Of a stretch of 64,000 bases of DNA, positions 46,783 through 56,951 are shown piece by piece. Position 1 is the first letter of the stretch. Every line of letters starts with the position of its first letter. The stretch lies in the IMG/VR virus record IMGVR_UViG_2585427716_000002, positions 59,903 to 123,902 of that record; one strand, given 5' to 3'. This DNA comes from a virus. Taxonomy: Duplodnaviria > Caudoviricetes. A program made the position numbers and the translations under genes. The notes beneath the pieces were generated by a model that saw only the letters and a program-made list of their open reading frames with translations, was not told where the DNA came from and made no database searches.

Positions 46783-48495
46783 ATGATCGAGGTATCTAAA
46801 TTTACAAACCAGGATCAAGACTATTTAAAAATAAAGTTGAGAAAGTTAGACCCCGAAATCGTAAACATAATTATGTCGATAGATGGTTGGGGCAAAGCTC
46901 AGGAGCCTATGTGTTACGGCCTCCCCTACTCCGCTTTAGGTGAGTTTTTTCAGAAGACTAAGGATTACATGGTTGTTTGGAAAAGTCATGCAGATAGCAT
47001 GGGTACACTAGCTAGAGGTATTGACACAAGAGATATACCTACCGAGTTCATAGTCGACTATGAACCAAAATTGCCTCTCAGAGAACATCAGATCGTAACC
47101 TTTAATCTTATGTTACAACGGGATTTTCTTTTAATCTCGGATCAAGAAGGTGTAGGAAAAACACCGCCTATACTTTGCCAACATGACGCAAAAATTCAAA
47201 ACGGTATTGCTAAGTGGGGTTTGTATGTAACTAAAGCCGGCCTCATCTACGATGTGAAAAACCAGGCAGAAAAGTTTACGCACTTAAATGTCGTGACAAT
47301 TGAAGGTTCGGCAAAACAGAGAATCAAAAAGTATGAGTTATTAGAAAGAGATGATAGCGTCGGACTAGTTGTGGTTTCTTACGAGACGTTCCGCACAGAC
47401 ATCCAACACTTCACCTCCATCAATAAAGCTAAGCCTTTTGACATTATGTATATCGACGAATGTCACAAAATTAAGAATGTTAACTCCTCTTTAGGTAAAC
47501 TCATACACAGAATAGGCCCCAAACAAAGATACGCAATAACTGCCAGCCCTGTTATAAATGAAATCATAGATATGTATAACATGCTTTATTGGATGGGGGC
47601 TATTCAGTACAACTACTTCCGCTTCCGAAATAAATTCTGTGAGTTGGACGGTTGGGGTAATGTGGCTAGATATAAAAATCTTTGGGAAATTAAAACGATC
47701 CTGCAATCGAACATGTTAAGGCGTTTAAAGACAGATGTACTTAAAGACCTCCCTCCTGTTGTCTCTAAACCTATCTATGTTGAGATGACTTCCCCACAAA
47801 GAAAGCTATATAAAGCTATCGAAAAAGGTGATTATGAGGGTATTGACTTTGAGGATATGTTCTTTGAAGACGTGCCGTCTGAATTAGCCAAGCACGCTCG
47901 GTTAGCTCAGGTTGCAGAATCAGCTGAAATTGTTGGCGGAGATTCAGGCAAAAAAGGTAGCGGTAAACTTGTGGAGCTGGAAAATCTTCTTGAAGAAATT
48001 ACAGATCGTGGAGAGAAAGCTATAGTGTTTACAAGATCTAAACGGATGACTCACGTAATGGTGGATTACTTCTCTCAATATAACCCCTCCTATATCACCG
48101 GGGATGTCGATACCCAGGCTAAAGGCAATCAGGATGTATCAGAGAGACAAATGATGGTCGATAAATTTCAAGAAGATGACTCCTGTAAAGTAATTATCTG
48201 CACTGAATCTGCAAGCCGGGAAGGCTGGACTGGTACCAAGGCCAACAATGTCATTTTCACTAGCAAGCCTTGGTCTCCAAGCTACATTTCTCAATGTATT
48301 GGTAGGGCCTGGAGGTTCGGGCAAACCGGAGGAGCTACAGGGTCAATTAACGTCTACTCCCTCATTAGCCGGGGCACTATCGACGAAAGAATCGAAAAGC
48401 TCCTAGAGGAAAAGCAGTTTGTTATTGATAGCACAGTAGAACAACCGTTAGGAACACAGAAAATCCTTAGTGTTCTTGATGGTGCCTCCGCTTAG
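46783..48495 (+). CDS. SNF2-family (SF2) helicase
   Basis: DQEGVGKT, IDECH, TASPV, MLRRLK, QCIGRAWRFGQ. Confidence 0.9.
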   Translation: MIEVSKFTNQDQDYLKIKLRKLDPEIVNIIMSIDGWGKAQEPMCYGLPYSALGEFFQKTKDYMVVWKSHADSMGTLARGIDTRDIPTEFIVDYEPKLPLREHQIVTFNLMLQRDFLLISDQEGVGKTPPILCQHDAKIQNGIAKWGLYVTKAGLIYDVKNQAEKFTHLNVVTIEGSAKQRIKKYELLERDDSVGLVVVSYETFRTDIQHFTSINKAKPFDIMYIDECHKIKNVNSSLGKLIHRIGPKQRYAITASPVINEIIDMYNMLYWMGAIQYNYFRFRNKFCELDGWGNVARYKNLWEIKTILQSNMLRRLKTDVLKDLPPVVSKPIYVEMTSPQRKLYKAIEKGDYEGIDFEDMFFEDVPSELAKHARLAQVAESAEIVGGDSGKKGSGKLVELENLLEEITDRGEKAIVFTRSKRMTHVMVDYFSQYNPSYITGDVDTQAKGNQDVSERQMMVDKFQEDDSCKVIICTESASREGWTGTKANNVIFTSKPWSPSYISQCIGRAWRFGQTGGATGSINVYSLISRGTIDERIEKLLEEKQFVIDSTVEQPLGTQKILSVLDGASA

Positions 48496-48581
48496 GCGGG
48501 CGATCCACTTCACCAAAAGGCCTTTAGGCGGCCGTATCAACTCACCACAGGGCTAACTCCCCTTTCACTCGGAGGTACACT

Positions 48582-48836
48582 ATGAAACTGAATACAGAAC
48601 AACAGAGTTATAACGGTATCCCGCTGCGACTGATTAAGCGTAATTACAAACAGTATAAAGCGAAGCGATTTTTAATTAATGGCACTAACCAAAACGTATG
48701 GATACCTAACAAACACCTTGAACAGGATGGGACCATAAAGAAAGGTGAAAACCTAGATTACATTTTTAGAAAGTCCCATAGAAAACTAGAAATTGCAAGT
48801 GTGCCTAACGTCAGGCGGTCCAATCAAAATAACTAA
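48582..48836 (+). CDS. Hypothetical basic protein
   Basis: RBS GGAGG. Confidence 0.6.
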   Translation: MKLNTEQQSYNGIPLRLIKRNYKQYKAKRFLINGTNQNVWIPNKHLEQDGTIKKGENLDYIFRKSHRKLEIASVPNVRRSNQNN

Positions 48837-48864
48837 ACAGAATTTACTTTAGGGAGAGATTACT

Positions 48865-49083
48865 ATGAGTAAGTATGCGGTAGCTGTCGATAGATTTCAG
48901 AAAGACCTTGAAGTTGTAATTGTCAATGCCCCCCATGAAATAACTGCTATGGTCGAAGCTGTTGGAGAACTTGATCTATGGGGTATCGAAGATAAGATGA
49001 AACCACCATTCAAGACAGTTGACGACGGTATAGATTTCTATCTTCAAGGCGATTTGGCTATTTCAAGACCCGTGAAAATATAA
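48865..49083 (+). CDS. Hypothetical protein
   Basis: RBS GGGAG. Confidence 0.6.
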   Translation: MSKYAVAVDRFQKDLEVVIVNAPHEITAMVEAVGELDLWGIEDKMKPPFKTVDDGIDFYLQGDLAISRPVKI

Positions 49084-49126
49084 CCTATTTGATTGCACCG
49101 TTAAGCTCGAAAGAAGGAGGACCATT

Positions 49127-49894
49127 ATGACTAAAGTAGATTTACACCAACCCAACTTAAAGTGGCTAGAGGAGAGAACCATTCTTCTATCACCTACAGG
49201 TAGTCATGCTTACGGGACAAATACCGATTCTTCTGACAGAGATTTCAAAGGGATCTGTGTCCCACCTATTGAGTATTATTTCGGCTTAGAGTCATTCAAC
49301 GAGTACAACAATACCGGAGGAAAGAATTTCAAAAACACAAAAGATGATGTAGATATCAGTATTATACACATTAACAAATTTGTTAGAGACGCCATGCAAG
49401 GTGTCCCTAACAACATTGAAATTCTTTTTATTGACCGTGAGGATTATATTAAGATGTCCTCTTTGGGTGAACTTCTAGTAGATAATCGCCACCTGTTCCT
49501 CTCTAAAAACATACAGAAAAAGTTCGGTGGTTACGCCTACTCACAAATCCAGAAATTAAAAGCAAAAAACTCAAATGGCGTAGGTAGGCAAGATTTAATC
49601 GAAAAGTTTGGATACGATACAAAATTCTTTATGCACAGTGTCCGCTTGCTAACGAGCGCTATTGAAATTCTAGAAACTTGTGATTTCAGCACCCACCGAC
49701 CAAACAGGAAATTGCTCTTGGACTGTAGGAACGGAGCATATACTTTTGAGGAAGCATTGGAAATGATCGAGGACTTAGACAGTAACTTAAAGCAAATTTC
49801 TAAAAGATCGCCTTTGCCCGATAAACCCGACTACCGAAAGGTTAACAACCTACTTATCGAAATAAACAAAAAAGCCACCAGGGAGGGAATTTAA
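49127..49894 (+). CDS. Pol-beta superfamily nucleotidyltransferase (YcgL/RlaP-like)
   Basis: GSHAYGTNTDSSDRD (GS...DxD), PNNIEIL, HSVRLL. Confidence 0.82.
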   Translation: MTKVDLHQPNLKWLEERTILLSPTGSHAYGTNTDSSDRDFKGICVPPIEYYFGLESFNEYNNTGGKNFKNTKDDVDISIIHINKFVRDAMQGVPNNIEILFIDREDYIKMSSLGELLVDNRHLFLSKNIQKKFGGYAYSQIQKLKAKNSNGVGRQDLIEKFGYDTKFFMHSVRLLTSAIEILETCDFSTHRPNRKLLLDCRNGAYTFEEALEMIEDLDSNLKQISKRSPLPDKPDYRKVNNLLIEINKKATREGI

Positions 49895-49895
49895 A

Positions 49896-50207
49896 ATGAG
49901 TACGTGGGTTTTAACTGATGAAGTGAAGGATCAGTATACTCCAATTGTTCAAGAGTTTATAGATAAGGTGGAAGCAGCTAACCCACAAGACACTGAGGAG
50001 TTATTAGAAATCGATTTAAGTGACACCGCCCTAAATCCTTACACGCTAGAGAAGTTACTAAAGAGTCTAGGTTACGAGAGTTCAGAGCATAACTATAATG
50101 GTTGGCAAATGGACTACTGGATTACCATGTCTAAGGGTGGAGCCAAACCCCTGGATATCAACGGTACTGGAATCACATTCGAGTTAAAATTATCTGAGGT
50201 AGGTTGA
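49896..50207 (+). CDS. Hypothetical protein
   Basis: RBS GGAGG; coupled to the upstream gene. Confidence 0.65.
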   Translation: MSTWVLTDEVKDQYTPIVQEFIDKVEAANPQDTEELLEIDLSDTALNPYTLEKLLKSLGYESSEHNYNGWQMDYWITMSKGGAKPLDINGTGITFELKLSEVG

Positions 50208-50262
50208 CTACAAAGGGTCTGAAAAACTTCTTCGGACAAATTAGCAGAGGGGTGCACTATTT

Positions 50263-50625
50263 ATGAAAACAACTTACACTATCGATTTGGATGAAGCTAA
50301 GGACGCACTCAACAAAGAAGAACTACAGATATTTAGTGTCCTTCTTAATAAAATCCAAGACCATACATCGGATTTTAGTGATGGTTATGAAGATGAGGAT
50401 GAGTTTAGGAAACGTTGTGGCTTACCCCCTCTACATAACTTCAAAGTGTTCCTTATAAACGGGCAGGAAAAACAACTCAACTCTACGGTAGCGGCCACCG
50501 ATGAAGCGGACGCTGCTACAGCTTGGTGCAAAAAGAATAACCTAGAGGGTGCCTTGCTCTATTCTGAACCTAAAGACCTTTGGTTGTATGAGGGGGCTAA
50601 GGTGTGCGTGGAAAAGATTGAATAA
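50263..50625 (+). CDS. Hypothetical protein
   Basis: RBS GAGGGG. Confidence 0.6.
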   Translation: MKTTYTIDLDEAKDALNKEELQIFSVLLNKIQDHTSDFSDGYEDEDEFRKRCGLPPLHNFKVFLINGQEKQLNSTVAATDEADAATAWCKKNNLEGALLYSEPKDLWLYEGAKVCVEKIE

Positions 50626-50782
50626 ATAACTCTTCATTCCCCCACTTAATTCTCAAGGAGGTAAGCAATGGGTTTTCTAATCAAATGTAATAATTGCGGT
50701 TCTGAGGATGTTACTATACCAGTAAGCGCAGGAGAGAAGTATTCATCACTTGTGACGTACGTGAAAGTGAATCCTCAGTTTA

Positions 50783-51211
50783 TTGTTAAATAATTACCAC
50801 CACTTTTTGAAAGGTTTGGTTTTGTTGGGTGCATGGATTAAAGACGAAACACATCTAGAGCGCAGAAAATTTATCGACTATATTTTTGGACTAATTCGAT
50901 ATGAGATACACAAAGGAGAAGACGACAGCAAACGGTTAGAAGTGCTGAGTAAAATCCACCATGATCTTCTTTACGTTGAAGATCTTGAGCAAGCAGCGGG
51001 TTGGCAAAGGAAGCAAAAAGGAAAATCCGAACTAGATCTTGCCCTAGAGAAGATTTATGATCTGACTTCTAAATTAAGTGAGATGTCCTCCCTTCTCTCC
51101 ACCCTCGATAACATCAGCAGTAATATGACTAAGAGAGAAATTCTTGATCTTATCGAGGAAGCAAGGCAGAGATACAACCCAATAACCGCTCCTGTTGTAC
51201 AACAAAGTTGA
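50783..51211 (+). CDS. Hypothetical helical protein (true start probably ~50824)
   Basis: ORF track; terminator hairpin at 51228-51259. Confidence 0.55.
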   Translation: MLNNYHHFLKGLVLLGAWIKDETHLERRKFIDYIFGLIRYEIHKGEDDSKRLEVLSKIHHDLLYVEDLEQAAGWQRKQKGKSELDLALEKIYDLTSKLSEMSSLLSTLDNISSNMTKREILDLIEEARQRYNPITAPVVQQS

Positions 51212-51316
51212 TGAAGAAATTAATCGGAAGGCACGGCCCATAGGCTGTGCCTTATTTTATATGGTGACTTTAATCGCAACTATCCCCCTCCCTACCACGA
51301 TAAATAAATCGAGGAG

Positions 51317-52402
51317 GTGAAACTGTTGTCAACCAAAGTAAGCGTATCTGATGAAAAACAATTCATATACCGTGACTCTTTTAATAAAGGGCATATTCAA
51401 ACACCCAGTATGGTCGAGAACTGTCTCAACCTAAGCAATGACGCAAAAACTGTTTACTCTAATATCCTAAATCATATTTATGAGAAAGGACATTACGCCT
51501 TTCCTAGCACTTATAAGCTTGCTATTTCGAGTTCTTGCTCCGTCAACAGTGTCGTCTCTTATATAAACGAACTAGTCAGTAAAGGGCTAATCGAAAAAGA
51601 GACTCGTGGTCGAGGGAGAAGTAATCACTATCACGTAAAGGACGTTCACCAGGTTCCCCTCCTAATCGTGTCTGAGATGTTTTGGAGAAGCATGTCTAAG
51701 CTGACTCATCTCTACGGTTGGAGAAAAATCCTTCCGGCGAAAGATAAAATTCTAAAGTTCATGGAGGAGAACAACTATCGGTTGCAAGATATGAGTACGG
51801 ATGAGGACTCTGAAAAACAGCTAATCGAGCTTTTAAAACATGTCCTGAGAGGGGGAGATTTAGAAGTGGGTCTACTTCCTAGAAACATGAAATACCAAAA
51901 ACCTACCGCTAAAGAAGAACAAACAATTTCTTCAACAGCAGCGGAGGAAGAAAATGCACAGAATTCAAGAAAAAAACGCAATGTCCCTGTAGGAGACAAG
52001 AAAAACCATTGGGGGTTAATGGCGGTGTCCGACTGGGGCGTCGAACAGTTTAAAGAATATTATTACGACAAGTATTTAGATAAAACCGGCCATGCCCACC
52101 CACGTAATATAAAGAAACACACCGGAATGATGAGAAACGTTATCCGAAACACTGGTGGCAAAGAGCTTCTAAAAAAATATATAGACGGTGTTTTTGATAT
52201 TGGGTATGACAACCTAACTCTTGATTACCTTTCATCTAACCGGATTGGGGAGGTTCAGACCTACCTACTTAACGGCAAGAAGCCATTCTATATCGAGAAG
52301 AAGGAACCGAAAAAGCGAGAAACCGAAAGTGTTCTAGTACAGCCTACAGAGACACTCTCAAGTGAAGAAATGCTTAAAAAGATGTTAGGAGGAAACGATT
52401 AA
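51317..52402 (+). CDS. Replication initiator with N-terminal winged HTH
   Basis: LSNDAKTVY...AFPSTYKLA...SVVSYINELVSKGLI...RSNHY; precedes the loader gene. Confidence 0.8.
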   Translation: MKLLSTKVSVSDEKQFIYRDSFNKGHIQTPSMVENCLNLSNDAKTVYSNILNHIYEKGHYAFPSTYKLAISSSCSVNSVVSYINELVSKGLIEKETRGRGRSNHYHVKDVHQVPLLIVSEMFWRSMSKLTHLYGWRKILPAKDKILKFMEENNYRLQDMSTDEDSEKQLIELLKHVLRGGDLEVGLLPRNMKYQKPTAKEEQTISSTAAEEENAQNSRKKRNVPVGDKKNHWGLMAVSDWGVEQFKEYYYDKYLDKTGHAHPRNIKKHTGMMRNVIRNTGGKELLKKYIDGVFDIGYDNLTLDYLSSNRIGEVQTYLLNGKKPFYIEKKEPKKRETESVLVQPTETLSSEEMLKKMLGGND

Positions 52403-53172
52403 TGATTCAACAAAAAGAGCCTTATACCACATGTGCTTCCTGCCTAGTGAAGGATTGGTGCGGCCGAAGAAGTGGAAAAACCCCCCTCCCCTCTGATTAT
52501 GATGTCAACCCTGAATGTAATGGGTATGTTTTGTTAGAACAAGCATTTTCCTTATCAGGTATTCCTCCTGAATACCGAAATGCAAATCGTGGGAGGTTTG
52601 CGTACGACCAAGACAATGAACGCTTCAAATCATACTTCGAAGGAGTTTTCGATACTATTAATGAACAAGTGAGCAAAGGTAACAACATAGGTTTTGTACA
52701 CCCTCAGAAAGGTACAGGAAAAACCTACACAGCTATCTCATTCGCTATGGAATTTTTATTAAACAATGTGATGAATCCTTCAATGTTTGATTTTGAAAAT
52801 CCGCTTGTCCTCTACATCAAGTACGGTACCTGGGCCAATGAGTTACGTCAGGTATACCAACTGAACGACGAGGATTACAGTTTAAAAATTCTAAGGGACA
52901 TGCGAAAAATGAAAGAAGTTCCCTTGTTAATTCTCGACGATATTGGCAGCGGCCGGCTCACTAAATACGTGAGAGACTTAACCTATGACCTTATTGATTA
53001 TCGAAAAGAGAATAAACTCTCCACCTTCTTTACTTCTAATTTAGGTATCCCGCAATTGGAGAGCGAAGACTGTTTAGGAGATATTATCACTTCCCGACTG
53101 TTATACAATACCACTGTTTTTCAGTTGGGTGGCCGAAACAGACGGACAGAAAAAACAATCATAATTCCTTAA
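52402..53172 (+). CDS. DnaC/IstB-like helicase loader ATPase
   Basis: KGTGKT, LLILDDIG, TFFTSN, SRL, GRNRR. Confidence 0.9.
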   Translation: MIQQKEPYTTCASCLVKDWCGRRSGKTPLPSDYDVNPECNGYVLLEQAFSLSGIPPEYRNANRGRFAYDQDNERFKSYFEGVFDTINEQVSKGNNIGFVHPQKGTGKTYTAISFAMEFLLNNVMNPSMFDFENPLVLYIKYGTWANELRQVYQLNDEDYSLKILRDMRKMKEVPLLILDDIGSGRLTKYVRDLTYDLIDYRKENKLSTFFTSNLGIPQLESEDCLGDIITSRLLYNTTVFQLGGRNRRTEKTIIIP

Positions 53173-53395
53173 AATATATCCCTGATCCCCTTCTCTAAAG
53201 CACTGCAAGCCCCTAAACAAAGCTAGCTGCTGTATAGATTAGGGGGTTTAAATATATTTACACATTTTTCAAAATTATAGTTGACAAATATTCGAAATTT
53301 TGTTTAAATTGGGTCATTCCTTTATCTTCTAGTTCAATAGTATCACCCAAATAGTCCTAGATAGAACAACGAATAAAACTTAGGGGTGGTAAGTA

Positions 53396-53860
53396 TTGCA
53401 GAAGTGGTCATATGAAACCTATGAAAAAATCGATCGGGTCTATAAAGGAATTGTAGAAGATTACTACATGAACAGAAGTCCTGATATCGTGGCACTGGAA
53501 ATGCATGTAAGTAGGGAAATGCTCAAAAGAGATTTTACAAAAAGACAGCTAAAGATAATAACTTTTATTTATACGTTCTCCTTCCCCTACAACAAAGAAG
53601 CCGCACTTATAAAAAACATGCAGGATTTTGAGTTATGTGGGGTAAGCAAGACAAAAATAAGCGAAGAACTAGATAAATTAGCCGAATTAAGGGTTATTGA
53701 ATGGGATAAAGGAACAAAAGAGTTTTCAATAAATGACCCTCATTATTGGGAGGTCCCGTTTAATCGAGGGGTTTCAGATACAAGGTACCAGCAAATGTTT
53801 ATAGAGAACTTAGATCACGCAGGAGTTGATATTTCTACAGTTATATCAAGGCTCAGGTAA
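53396..53860 (+). CDS. Phage replication protein O-like N-terminal domain protein
   Basis: DFTKRQLKII...DFELCGVSKTKISEELDKL...VIEW; SigA-like promoter TTGACA at 53281. Confidence 0.65.
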   Translation: MQKWSYETYEKIDRVYKGIVEDYYMNRSPDIVALEMHVSREMLKRDFTKRQLKIITFIYTFSFPYNKEAALIKNMQDFELCGVSKTKISEELDKLAELRVIEWDKGTKEFSINDPHYWEVPFNRGVSDTRYQQMFIENLDHAGVDISTVISRLR

Positions 53861-53988
53861 GAGCCTTCTCTTTTTTACGTGTGGTTCCCAAAAAAGAAAC
53901 CCATATAGTAAAGACAAGTTTTGAATACAGGGTATGGACTTAGTGTGCATTGAACAGGTAGGAAAATGGAACCATTAAAACATACCTA

Positions 53989-54024
53989 TTTAGTATTTAC
54001 AATACTATTTTTATATGTTATAAT
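53989..54024 (+). promoter_or_regulatory. SigA promoter with palindromic operator upstream of the helicase
   Basis: TTTAGTATT-TAC-AATACTATT at 53989-54009; TG-n-TATAAT at 54019. Confidence 0.75.
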
Positions 54025-54427
54025 TAATTCATCAAGTTAGTTACAAAGGAGAGATAATCTTTGGATCGACTTCACCAACTGTATACGAACCACTTCAACG
54101 AACAGACTCTTCATTTCACATATGCTAATAGACCGACTTAGTACAATTTAAAAGGATTATTAATGGAAGGTAGCACAAATAGCGAGAGTTACACCCACTC
54201 AAATCAGACTGTATTTATGGACTACATAAGAATACAAACCGAGGCACAGTGCGTACATAAATTCTCGCCTACAATGGCCACCTTCTTCTTTTTAACCCAA
54301 AAACCAAACGTACGTTCTTTTTTCGATAAAAATAAAAGAACAAAAAAAAATTATATATTTTTCGCAACTAACCAGGTACCTCCTACGATAACTAGTGTGA
54401 TCACAGTTAGAGAGTGAGGATAGCCTT

Positions 54428-55717
54428 ATGCCGAGTATTGAAGAATTACAGTTATTGAATTATTCCCTCGAAACAAAAGATTGGGATGTAGTGGATAGGA
54501 ATGGCTTTAATGAAGAACATTTTCCGGTCCACAAAGACGCTTTTAATTTCATAAATGGCTTTAAAAAATCCAATGGACAGCTACCGACCCTTGAAACTGT
54601 TATGAACAAGTTCGAAGAATTTGAACCTGTCGAGATAGAGAAAATCGATGTTGTCGTTGATTCTTTAAAAGAAGATTGGCTACATAGACAGTATAAACCT
54701 GTCTTGAAAAAGTCGGCTGAATTAGTAGCAGAAAAGAAAACCATTGACGCCCTCCAAGAAATGAAAATCCAGGCCACCAACCTTTTGAAGTTGGTTGGCA
54801 GTCAGGGTAAAGGATATTCATACATAGGAATGGCAGATCAACGCAAAGAAAAATACCTCTCCATTCACGGGAGAAATGAGGATGAGATCCTAGGCTACAC
54901 AACAGGCTTTGCTCCCTTAGATTTAGCCACCAATGGGATGGTGAGCGGTGGAGAGGAAACAGATTATTTCTTAGTCTTCGCCCCTTCTAACATGGGTAAG
55001 ACTTTGATGACTTCCTTCATGTTGCAATCACAGTGGAATAGTTCGTTAGATTGGGATTACCCTGCATATTTTGCACTTGAACAAAGAGCTGAGGAGATCG
55101 CAAGAAACTGGGACAACGTCCTAGCCGGAGTATCTAATTTAGCAATGCAGCGTGGGACTATGTCGGAAGAACAAAAAGACAAATATGTTGATTTTCTTGA
55201 CCGTCTTAAACAGAAGCAAAAGGACATGGTAGTTTATGATGTCCAAAGAAACGGAGGCCGGCCGTACACTGTAGCAGAAATCCAGCGTATTCTCGAATCA
55301 GAAGGACACAACCGATTTGTTTTAGACCAGCTATCAAAAGTCAGATTGAATAATTCATTCGGGGGCGGGGATCTTCGACAAAGGTTATTCGATGTTTCCG
55401 CAGAAGTCAGGGAAATGATTTTAGGTACAGGGATTCCAGGGTATGTTGTTGCCCAAGCTAATCGGGACTCCGCTAAGAGAGTTAAAAAAAGCTTGGAGAA
55501 TAGTGAAGTTCAGGGTGAGGATGTTGGCGAAACATATGCTATTTTCCAAGACGCCAGTAAAGGGATTTCAATTATTAAAATCAATGACAATACTTTTAAA
55601 GTCCAAGTAATCAAAAACCGTGGGAATGCGAGTAACCAAAGCTTTTTAGTCCGTTATAACTTTGACACTGGTCTTGTGAATGTACTTAACGGTGAAATTG
55701 GAGAGCAATTTTTCTAG
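54428..55717 (+). CDS. DnaB-like replicative helicase (SF4)
   Basis: APSNMGKT, FALEQ, VLDQLS, VAQANR, IKNRG. Confidence 0.9.
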   Translation: MPSIEELQLLNYSLETKDWDVVDRNGFNEEHFPVHKDAFNFINGFKKSNGQLPTLETVMNKFEEFEPVEIEKIDVVVDSLKEDWLHRQYKPVLKKSAELVAEKKTIDALQEMKIQATNLLKLVGSQGKGYSYIGMADQRKEKYLSIHGRNEDEILGYTTGFAPLDLATNGMVSGGEETDYFLVFAPSNMGKTLMTSFMLQSQWNSSLDWDYPAYFALEQRAEEIARNWDNVLAGVSNLAMQRGTMSEEQKDKYVDFLDRLKQKQKDMVVYDVQRNGGRPYTVAEIQRILESEGHNRFVLDQLSKVRLNNSFGGGDLRQRLFDVSAEVREMILGTGIPGYVVAQANRDSAKRVKKSLENSEVQGEDVGETYAIFQDASKGISIIKINDNTFKVQVIKNRGNASNQSFLVRYNFDTGLVNVLNGEIGEQFF

Positions 55718-55728
55718 GAGTGAATTAA

Positions 55729-56802
55729 ATGTCCAAGCGAAGCTTAGAGATGTTAGAAAACGTCCAGCTCGATGTTTGGGATATTATCGACGAATTGAGG
55801 TTTGAGTATCAACATTCTTCAAATTTCGGTATAAACCCTACTGCTTTTTCTCATAAAAACGATACAGGTGATTGGGTCATGTCTTGTTGCCCTAACCATG
55901 CAGAAACAAGGGCGTCCTTTGGAATATCCAAAGAACCCCCTTACCATACAAATTGTTTCTATTGTGGTTACTTAGGGACACTAGACAAGACAGTAGAAAT
56001 TGCTTTTGGTTTAGACGACGGTGAGGGTATCAAGCTCTTATTGTCTGACTATATCCTTGAAGAGACACGTGCGCCTATAGACGTAGATGGAATTATTAAC
56101 GACGGGAGGGAACGTACTACTATCCCCTTCCTTAATGAGAGTGAACTTTCTAAGTTCGATAACTCACCATCTAAGAATAAATGGACATACGATGTCGCTA
56201 TGTCGTATCTAATTAACCAACGTGGGATGACGCCTCATACATTGAACACCTACGGTATCAAAGTAGATGTAGATAATGAGTGTATCGTATTCCCACAAAG
56301 AACTAGAACTGGAGAACTACGTTTCCTCCAAAAAAGGAAGATAGGAAGTTCATACCAAGGTGCTAAGTTCATCAATGAAGGGTCACCTATCAAAAAAGAT
56401 ATTCTCTTCGGCCTCAGCTTCATTAATCAACTTAGAACCTCAAAAAACCGTATCAAAAGAGTACGGATGGTGGAGTCACCTCTTGACGTTATGTCTAACT
56501 ACCAGGTAGGCATAGCAGCCGTGGCAACTAACGGTAAAATTCTTTTCAAGAATCAGATTAGAGAACTCCAACTAGCAGGAGTAGAAATTGTTGATACCTT
56601 CTTTGATAACGACAAAGCTGGTTGGGACGCCACTGTACAAGCAACAAATGCTTTAGTGAGAGCGGGGTTTATTGTTAATCAAACCCTATACCCTCCTCAG
56701 TTTAGCAGAAGTGCAAAAGTTGATTCAAACGATCTGCTGAAACTAGGTTGGTTAGATAAGTTGGAGAGTAAGCCTGTTAGTTTGTTAGGGTACAACCTCT
56801 AA
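55729..56802 (+). CDS. DnaG-like primase
   Basis: CPNH...CFYC zinc finger; TOPRIM motifs VESPLD and FDNDKAG. Confidence 0.9.
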   Translation: MSKRSLEMLENVQLDVWDIIDELRFEYQHSSNFGINPTAFSHKNDTGDWVMSCCPNHAETRASFGISKEPPYHTNCFYCGYLGTLDKTVEIAFGLDDGEGIKLLLSDYILEETRAPIDVDGIINDGRERTTIPFLNESELSKFDNSPSKNKWTYDVAMSYLINQRGMTPHTLNTYGIKVDVDNECIVFPQRTRTGELRFLQKRKIGSSYQGAKFINEGSPIKKDILFGLSFINQLRTSKNRIKRVRMVESPLDVMSNYQVGIAAVATNGKILFKNQIRELQLAGVEIVDTFFDNDKAGWDATVQATNALVRAGFIVNQTLYPPQFSRSAKVDSNDLLKLGWLDKLESKPVSLLGYNL

Positions 56803-56951
56803 AAAATTAATGACTCTTGTCATACCTTTGCCAACTATAGGTGATGTGAAGATTTGACTATAAAGGTCTGTCGAAATTTGACATTCGGCAGGGCCTTCTT
56901 TAAGTACGCCTACAAACCAAAAACTTTCAAATTATTGGAGGAAATTAAACA

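Noticed and set aside
53281-53310. LexA/DinR SOS box at the promoter of the O-like gene
   Set aside because: CGAAATTTTGTTTA deviates too much from CGAAC-N4-GTTCG
54163-54417. 84-aa ORF before the helicase, plus ORFs 30025..30336, 35279..35560, 44453..44638, 57502..57696 and 57744..57941
   Set aside because: They run through promoter, terminator or skewed non-coding sequence and lack a convincing RBS or protein-like composition
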